Below are positions 57,131 through 64,000 of a stretch of DNA of 64,000 nucleotides, piece after piece (the first letter of the stretch is position 1; the number at the start of each line of letters is the position of its first letter). The stretch spans positions 124,001-188,000 of the forward strand of contig NIVC01000319.1 of assembly GCA_002269645.1 (NCBI GenBank), in the 5' to 3' direction. The notes under the pieces are model-generated. The model was not told the origin of the DNA, searched no databases, and saw only the letters and a list, made by a program, of their open reading frames with translations. Both the position numbers and the translations under genes were made by a program. Source of the stretch: Macrostomum lignano. Lineage: Eukaryota.

Positions 57131-57694
57131 GCGTATGAGATGGGAAAGTAGAAAGTCTGGCACCGGTTTAACCGTTTCTCTTTTTGCTTGTTGTTTGATT
57201 GCCTGTCAGTTCGAGCCGGTCTCAGATGAGCTGTTGAGAAGCGGTGCTCAGGACTGCAGAGCAGCTTCAGAGTGCCATCTCATCGATGGACTCGCTGCTG
57301 CAGAGGGCCGTAACTGACTGCAACAGCAGCAGGTCCGAGAGAAACTGCCTGCTCAGAGAGGTCCTCCAGCCGTCACTCCAGCTGGAGTGTTTTTGTCAGC
57401 CTGACGATATGAAAATTCACTGAAGTGAAATTGCAAGTCTTCAAGTACTCGTGAGTAGCATCTTGCACCAATCAATGGGGGCTGAAGTTCGGGATAACAG
57501 CTGTCAGTCAGCATTTGCCTGCAGGTCTATAAAGACATGCAAATTTTTCACTGAAACTGCGCTGACTCAGGCAACTCACCGGATCGTGCAGGATTCGAGA
57601 CTTTGTTCACCAGCTCGGGATGCTCAGCAAACTGTTGAGTAAGTTTTAAACTGTTTTGGTTTTGCTTGCTGAGTGAGACTCATGAGTGAGCCAA

Positions 57695-58632
57695 GGATGT
57701 GGATGTGGATGTGGATGTGGATGTGGATATGGATGTGGATATGGTTATGGATGTGGATGTGGATGTGGATATGGATATGGATGTGGATATGGATGTGGAT
57801 GTGGATGTGGATATGGATATGGTTATGGATGTGGATATGGATATGGATGTGGATATGGTTATGGATGTGGATATGGATATGGATGTGGATGTGGATGTGG
57901 ATGTGGATAATGATGTGGATATGGATGTGGATATGGATGTGGATGTGGATGTGGATATGGATGTGGATATGGATGTGGATATGGATGTGGATATGGATGT
58001 AGATATGGATGTGGATGTGGATATGGATGTGGATTTGGATATGGATGTGGATTTGGATTTGGATATGGTTATGGATGTGGATAATGATGTGGATATGGAT
58101 GTGGATATGGATGTGGATATGGATGTGGATATGGATGTGGATATGGATGTGGATATGGATGTGGATGTGGATGTGGATATGGATGTGGATATGGATGTGG
58201 ATATGGATGTGGATATGGATGTGGATATGGATGTGGATATGGATGTGGATATGGATGTAGATATGGATGTGGATGTGGATATGGATGTGGATTTGGATAT
58301 GGATGTGGATTTGGATTTGGATATGGTTATGGATGTGGATATGGATGTGGATTTGGATGTGGATATGGATATCGATGTGGATGTGGATTTGGATGTGGAT
58401 AATGATGTGGATATGGATGTGGATAATGATGTGGATATGGATGTGGATATGGATGTGGATGTGGATGTGGATAATGATGTGGATATGGATGTGGATAATG
58501 ATGTGGATATGGATGTGGATATGGATGTGGATATGGATGTGGATATGGATGTGGATATGGATGTGGATATGGATGTGGATATGGATGTGGATGTGGATGT
58601 GGATATGGATATGGATATAGATATGCGTGGAT
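57695..58632. repeat. Hexanucleotide satellite (GGATGT/GGATAT)n
   Basis: Directly visible; the ORFs over it are artefacts. Confidence 0.97.
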
Positions 58633-58813
58633 ATGGACAAATCAGTAACAGTTGCAACAGTAATCTAAGTGATGCAGTGAGGCTATCGGTTGTCATGGCT
58701 GTGTTTGTTGCCTGCTGAAGACGTATGGAGCTGAGAAAACGAAATCAAAATCAAATCAAACCCATTGCAAAATTTCAGAACTCTCTCTGCTTGCTCTTGT
58801 CTGCTGGGATTAG

Positions 58814-59773
58814 ATTGAGCAGTGCTCCGGCAGCTGGAGTAAAATTGAGTTACAGCAGTGCCTGTCTGAGAATCTGGCAGTGCGGGCGGCCCAGACTCCG
58901 AGGGGCATCAGCGAGTGCCTCATCATGGTCGTCCGCCTCGACTACGTCCTGCAGGTGGCCCAGTTCGACTCGGACACTCGCCAGTGCTCGCTCTTCCAGT
59001 ACACCGCAGTGTGCCACCTCATCGATGGACTCGCTGCTGCAGAGAGCTCGCAGCCCCGCCGCTGTGCCGCATTCGCCAACGACAGAGCCGCCAAGTTCCT
59101 CACCTTGAGCAGGAAGCTCGTGCTGGGTGTGGGCTCGAAGCTGAGGGCCGCCTGGGTGATGAGCGACGATGCGGACGCCAGCAGGAGCAACTTGGTGTGC
59201 GGCCAGACGCAGCAGTGGATGTCGGAGAATGTGGAGTGGAGCAGCGAGGGAGCCAAGCTCGACGGAGTGTCGTCCAAGATGTGGCTGGAGAACGTGGAGC
59301 TCGCGAGCGTGCAGCAGAGACTCACGTGGCTGCTCAGGCTCAAGCGGGAGATCAAGGAAGCACCATTTTTGGAGAGCTACGACTGCAGCACCAAGAGAAT
59401 TGGAGCAGTTTTCTGGGACGGATATCCTAATTGGCGGGGTCTGTACTTCTTCAGAAAAGCTTTAAACTATTCTGAGTTCATAACAGCTGCTTCAACAAAC
59501 TCCTTTAACCCATCTGAATTTGTTGAGGTCGGCATCACTTCGGCGTCTCCGTCAAGCCGCGACTTCTTCTCCAACTCCGGGTTCGTGCCGCAGTCGAATG
59601 TAACTCTAACCAGTAGCCATACTGAAACTGAGATTCCGACATGCCACTGCATCCGCTTGGGATTTCGACATTCCGACTCGCGAATGCTGAAGGGCACGGT
59701 GCAGGCGGTGGCCGTCATGAACGACACGATGACGGAGGCTGAGATCAGCAGCTTCTTCGATCTCGTGCGCTGA
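58814..59773 (+). CDS. Uncharacterised Cys-containing protein exon (PAN/apple-like N-part, LamG/ConA-like C-part, both tentative)
   Basis: Frame open from 58814 (after TAG) to 59773; ISECLIM...FDSDTRQCSLF and AVMNDTMTEAEI motifs; conserved with the paralog at 52674-53457. Upstream exons not resolved. Confidence 0.7.
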   Translation: MEQCSGSWSKIELQQCLSENLAVRAAQTPRGISECLIMVVRLDYVLQVAQFDSDTRQCSLFQYTAVCHLIDGLAAAESSQPRRCAAFANDRAAKFLTLSRKLVLGVGSKLRAAWVMSDDADASRSNLVCGQTQQWMSENVEWSSEGAKLDGVSSKMWLENVELASVQQRLTWLLRLKREIKEAPFLESYDCSTKRIGAVFWDGYPNWRGLYFFRKALNYSEFITAASTNSFNPSEFVEVGITSASPSSRDFFSNSGFVPQSNVTLTSSHTETEIPTCHCIRLGFRHSDSRMLKGTVQAVAVMNDTMTEAEISSFFDLVR

Positions 59774-60699
59774 CTCTGAGACTGAAATTAACAGGAAATC
59801 GTCAGTTTTTCTGCCTTTCTGAGGCCTGGTGGGCCTTCGTATTGAAGACTAAATTCTGAGAACTTCGTAGTGTGAGAATACGAAATAAATCAACTTGCTT
59901 CAACTTTTTGCCTGCGTTTCCTAGAAGCAAAAAATAGCAACAATATATCCAGACAAAATTTTCTGGAATTTTGATAGGATTTTTTTGTTTGCGAGCATTG
60001 GTTTGTCACTAAATACTCAGAATGAAAGACCTGATGGCTGTATAGACGATTTGCTAATGAGTATTTTAGATGGGAGAGAGATGGAGAGACATATGGGAGA
60101 GAGAGATGGTAGAGAGAGATGAGAGAGATCGTTATTGTTATTTCCTAGAAAAAATTTCGACTACACTACTCGCTTTTGGCCACTTGACTCAGCTAGTCAA
60201 TTGATATGCAACCTGCAACTCAAGCTAATTTATGTAGCTCGTATTGGAGAATTTATCCCGAAAATGTTTTATTCTAAAATTTAACAACAAACGGCAAATT
60301 AAAACGTGTGCTAAAGTGCTAAATACAAATTGTGACGTGGATATCGTGTACTCGTATATCTTCGTAGTCAGTTAAAGTACATGTATTTATGTAATGGTTT
60401 TATTCCTTGCCTTATTGGCAGTTATCGAACTGATATCATCGAACTATGACAAATATTTTGTTGAATAATTGTATCGCTTTTAATGTACGTTCGCTCTCTC
60501 TATGTACATCGTTGACTTGCATAAAATATAGCCAGCACTGCCTCACGGGGCGTCAGTTGATTTTTACTCTGCCAAATACCGCGCCTTACATTTATTATGT
60601 AATTTTTAATTCAATCGTTTGAAAATGGGCTTAGTATGAGCCTGACCGAAATGCGTCGCATAAAATCTGTCCCACTTGAATGCGTAATAAATGTACAAA

Positions 60700-62152
60700 G
60701 GACCAACTTCAGGGCGTCGTTGAGCCGCCTGAAATCGCCCGAGGCCTTTGGCACAATGTGCAGCGGCGAGGACCACGGGCTGTTGGACCGGCGCACGATG
60801 CCGAGCTGCTCCAGGAGCCGGAACTCCTCCTTGGCCACCGCCAGCTTGCCCAGGCGGCGAGGGCGGGCGTAGACCGGCGGACCCTGCATCGGGATGTGGT
60901 GCTCCACCAGAATGAACGGCCAGGAGCACCGCCGGATGCCGAGGTCCAACGTGAGCTGGCGGGTGCCGAAGGTGTGGATGAGGCTGCCGTTGCATGGCTG
61001 CGGGCCTGGTGCGTGCAGGCGGGTGTCGGAACCGGTGACGGGGAAAATGCTGACCTCGGCGCCGGTGTCGACCAGGAAGCGTCGGCCCGTCTGCATATCC
61101 GGGATGAGGAGCAGGCTGCTGCTGTTGCCGGCCGTCGAGCTGTTCACTGACGGCCGGCCTGCCCGTTTCCCTGGAAGCTGCACGAGGGCTCGCAGCGCGC
61201 GGGCCTTCGCGCCGAAGCGACAGGCCGTAGTCCGGGCGGTGTTGCTGGGGCCGGCTCTGTCTGGCGCCCTTGCTGGCCGCAGAGACCGCCGGCTGGACTT
61301 GCTGGGCCGGCTCTACCGCCGGCTGCTGGACAGAGGCCGCCACCAGCTGCGGCTGGCTGGCCCAGAGCTTGTCTGCCTCCTGCACTGCTGCCCGGGGGTC
61401 CGCGAAACTGACGGTTGTCATGGCCAGGCGTACCTCCGGTGGCAGCTGTTGGCGGAACAGCTCCTCGAACAGCAGGCAGGGGCGGTGGTTCCCCAGCAGG
61501 GCGAGCATCTCGTCCATCAGCTCGGACGGCGGCCGGTCGCCGAGGCCGGACATGCTGAGCAGGCGGCTGGCCCGCTGCTGAGGAGTCAAATCGAAAGTGC
61601 TGTTGAGGCGCTCCTTTAGCTGAGCGTACTTGTTCGCCTCCGGAGGAGCCTCGAGCACATTGAGCAGGCGCTCTGCTGTCTGCTGGTCAAGAGCTGCGAA
61701 CAGATGGGCTCTTGGTCTCGTCCTGAGTGATGCCTCTCAGGGTGAACTGAGCTTCGGCCTGGATGAACCAGGCTCGAGGCTGGGCCGCCCAAAACGTGGG
61801 CAGCTTCAGGGACACAGCAGAGTCGGTTTGTGGGGCCATTGCACGAAATGGCTGCGTAGGGCTCACCAATGAAGCGGCTTGCGAGTGGTAACTAGTATAG
61901 CAAGCGAGAAAAAAGATCTTGTGATATTTGTTCAGCATAGGTTTTTATACTTAACGAGATTAGGGAGGTGTGAGTCAGATCGAACTGGCTGGCTGGGCAA
62001 AACTCCCTAGTCGCCAGGCGTGCAGGGGCCTGTGTACAGGCGGCCCCGCTCTCAGCCGTGCACCGGTCCGGCCTCCACAATGCCCTCGTTTTTGTCAGCA
62101 TCGTTTCGAAAAAATATCTCGAAACCGAGACACCCACAGATACTATATAACA
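60700..62152 (-). mobile_element. Truncated CsRn1-like Gypsy element: probable 5' LTR (62152-61870), PBS, gag, protease, start of RT
   Basis: KLPTFW...P.AWF.QAEAQF...IT.D.TK, LGDRPPSELM, FLVDTGAEVS and SPWSSPLHIVPK; ...TTCA-T-TGGTGAGCCC LTR/PBS junction at 61870-61859; internal deletions, no 3' half. Confidence 0.85.
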
Positions 62153-62458
62153 TATAGCTGAATAGTATATAACAGATTATATAGTATTTATAGCTCGTAC
62201 TACCAAATCATTGTGCTACTCGGTTGAAATTTTAAACGACGCGACACCTCCGTTCATCCGCTTCGCGCTGGTGGAATTTGTTTTGTAGCGAGCGCTGCTA
62301 CGGGCTTTCCTCTAAAAGGTTTGAGGCCCGCTGCCCTGTTGTCCAGCCACTTCGGTATTATCCTGAGTGGCGGCAGGTTTGTTTGATTGAGAGGCACCGG
62401 TGCTGCAGATGTCTGGTTGAGCAGCCAAGACAGAATCCCGCTTGGCAGCTCAACCGCT

Positions 62459-62660
62459 GCCGGAGCCCAGTCAGTCCAGCAGCCCTAGAGCTGCCTTGAA
62501 CACATGCGGGACGTGAACCCCTGGGTCGGCTTGTGAGTCAGCTTGGAGAGAGTTCTGTCATTCCTGCACCAGAATAGAGGGGGTGCAAGTGTGTAGGATA
62601 GCAGACCTTGGCTCGTAAGCCTGTGTAGTCTCATGCTACACAGGCGTGCCGAGCTCACCA
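62459..62660 (-). ncRNA. Orphan HDV/CPEB3-like ribozyme fold with a leader homologous to the LINE 5' UTR
   Basis: Minus strand: P2 CCCAG(62525-21), P3 GGG, L3 UUCACGU(62517-11), CCC, P1' GCAUGU, GU, P4 GGCAGCUC/GGGCUGCU, C(62474)-UGA, P2' CUGGG. The 5' strand of P1 is imperfect. Confidence 0.65.
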
Positions 62661-63837
62661 ATCGCTCAGTGGATCAAATCAGGGACATGGGGGTTTCGTG
62701 TGAACTTCCGACTTTTCACCGCATCCGCTGACCGACTTGAGTCATTCTCTACATCGGGTCTTACGGCTGAGATAGAGATTCTGTTAAAGTAGCTCATAGC
62801 GACTCACAACAGCAGCCAGACTAGATGAGCCGTCTGCATGTTCTTATACCAAATTTTAGCTTAGATTGACACCAACAGTCTAAATTAAATAAATTAGAAA
62901 TGTTACTGGGCACACAAATTTAGCCAAAAAACTCCAAACAGACGCCCAGGTTGCAAGTAGCTTAATAATCGGATTTTGTTGGGTTTGTCAAGAAAAGGCT
63001 TCCAAAATGTTTTGTTAGAGAGCAGCAGTGTTCAAATTTCAGTTTCGTTTTTTAAATTGATTTGTGCAGATTTGCTTTTTGTAGTTGTCCCATAGACAAA
63101 TTTGCTTGGCAAAAATCCGTCAGGAAAAAGTACACAAGAGAGACAGGAAGAGCAGAAATTTCACTGGAACTTTTCGCCTGCAGTTCGGGAAAAAACCTGC
63201 TTACCAAACATCTGAGCGCAAATCGAAAGAGTACAAAGCAGTAAAAAGCAAGACTTTTGCACCTGCTCATCTTTCCCTGAGATAATGACTAAGCCAGCAA
63301 AATACGCTCGGGTCTTCAGACCCTCCTGAATCCAAGTTCTCCGCTGAATGCCTCAAGTGGCTGGGGACGCCTTCACTGCGTCTCATCTTGGCAACGGCGG
63401 ATGCTGGGAGAAACTGATGAGGCGCAATTTATGTGGCGGACTTATTCAAACCCCTAGTTTTGGGCCGCTGGTAGCCGTGCAGCACTGAGCGCGTGAAAGA
63501 GAATGAGTTCCCAGCTGCATCGAGACGTGCGCATTCAATGGCTCCAAATCCTATTGTGAGACTCAGCAACAGTTCTGGGAGATGGAGAGCATTGGTTCTG
63601 CCAGCTGCCTGCTGAATAATTCACCGCTCTGTCTTTTAGTCAGATGGAGTTGCGCACTGCTGGCCTGCCTGCAAGCGGTTTATCTGAACTGACTAAGGCT
63701 GAAGAGTTTTAATACTTGGAAACTTGTTTTACGAGTACACTGTGACTAGCAGTTTTGGATGTTAGTGTTCAGGATAGCGAATACCTCTATCATTAATTTC
63801 ATTGAGGGGTGAATTCACGACTCTGAATGTTTCTAAC

Positions 63838-63990
63838 TTTTGGTCCAATCTCAACCTAACAATGGTCCAATCTCAACCTGACAAAATCTCAACCTAACAA
63901 TGGTCTAATCTCAACCTGACAATGGCCCAATCTCAACCTGACAATGGTCCAATCTCAAACTAAAAATGGTCCAATCTCAATCTGACAATG
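63838..63990. repeat. 20-21-bp minisatellite (ATGGTCCAATCTCAACCTGACA-type)
   Basis: About 7 units at the window end. Confidence 0.88.
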
Positions 63991-64000
63991 ACACCAGCAC

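Noticed and set aside
57624-58718. His/Ile, Ser/Thr, Met/Asp/Val and Trp-rich ORFs of about 340 aa
   Set aside because: All six frames of a hexamer satellite.
41641-63450. CTGATGA motifs (for example 41642 and 63415) as hammerhead cores
   Set aside because: No correctly placed GAAA and stem II/III pairing found.
63300-63700. About 45-codon open stretch near the window end
   Set aside because: No motif, start codon or partner exon identified.

Overview
Eukaryotic (animal) genomic DNA, not prokaryotic. GT-AG introns and compact GC-rich genes sit in AT-rich spacers, and nearly every gene is flanked or interrupted by its own minisatellite; this style suggests a Macrostomum-like flatworm (inference only). 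Host genes: a BtpA/SgcQ-family gene; a two-exon allatostatin-C/somatostatin-like neuropeptide precursor whose signal-peptide exon the ORF track misses; a 1147-aa protein with three TIR-like repeats and a QERQ coiled coil; an orphan two-exon gene; a co-oriented housekeeping cluster (CK2 beta, BLOC1S1, PIGH, UBOX5); and two inverted paralogs of an uncharacterised Cys-containing protein. Mobile DNA: a tandem three-LTR Mag-like Gypsy element (2256-16925, one CGTTT TSD) whose middle LTR is a recombinant hybrid; a full-length LOA/R1-like LINE nested in its gag, with an HDV-like ribozyme fold starting at its first nucleotide; a second, orphan HDV/CPEB3-like ribozyme with homologous leader at about 62.5 kb; RTE remnants; a long-TIR mariner derivative; a 17-bp-TIR/7-bp-TSD element; a hAT MITE that has captured 77 bp of the neighbouring TIR-like gene; a decayed DIRS/Ngaro-like element; and a CsRn1-like Gypsy remnant. 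Several frameshifts are single-base homopolymer indels and may be assembly errors. All domain calls come from motif recognition by eye; no database search was run.
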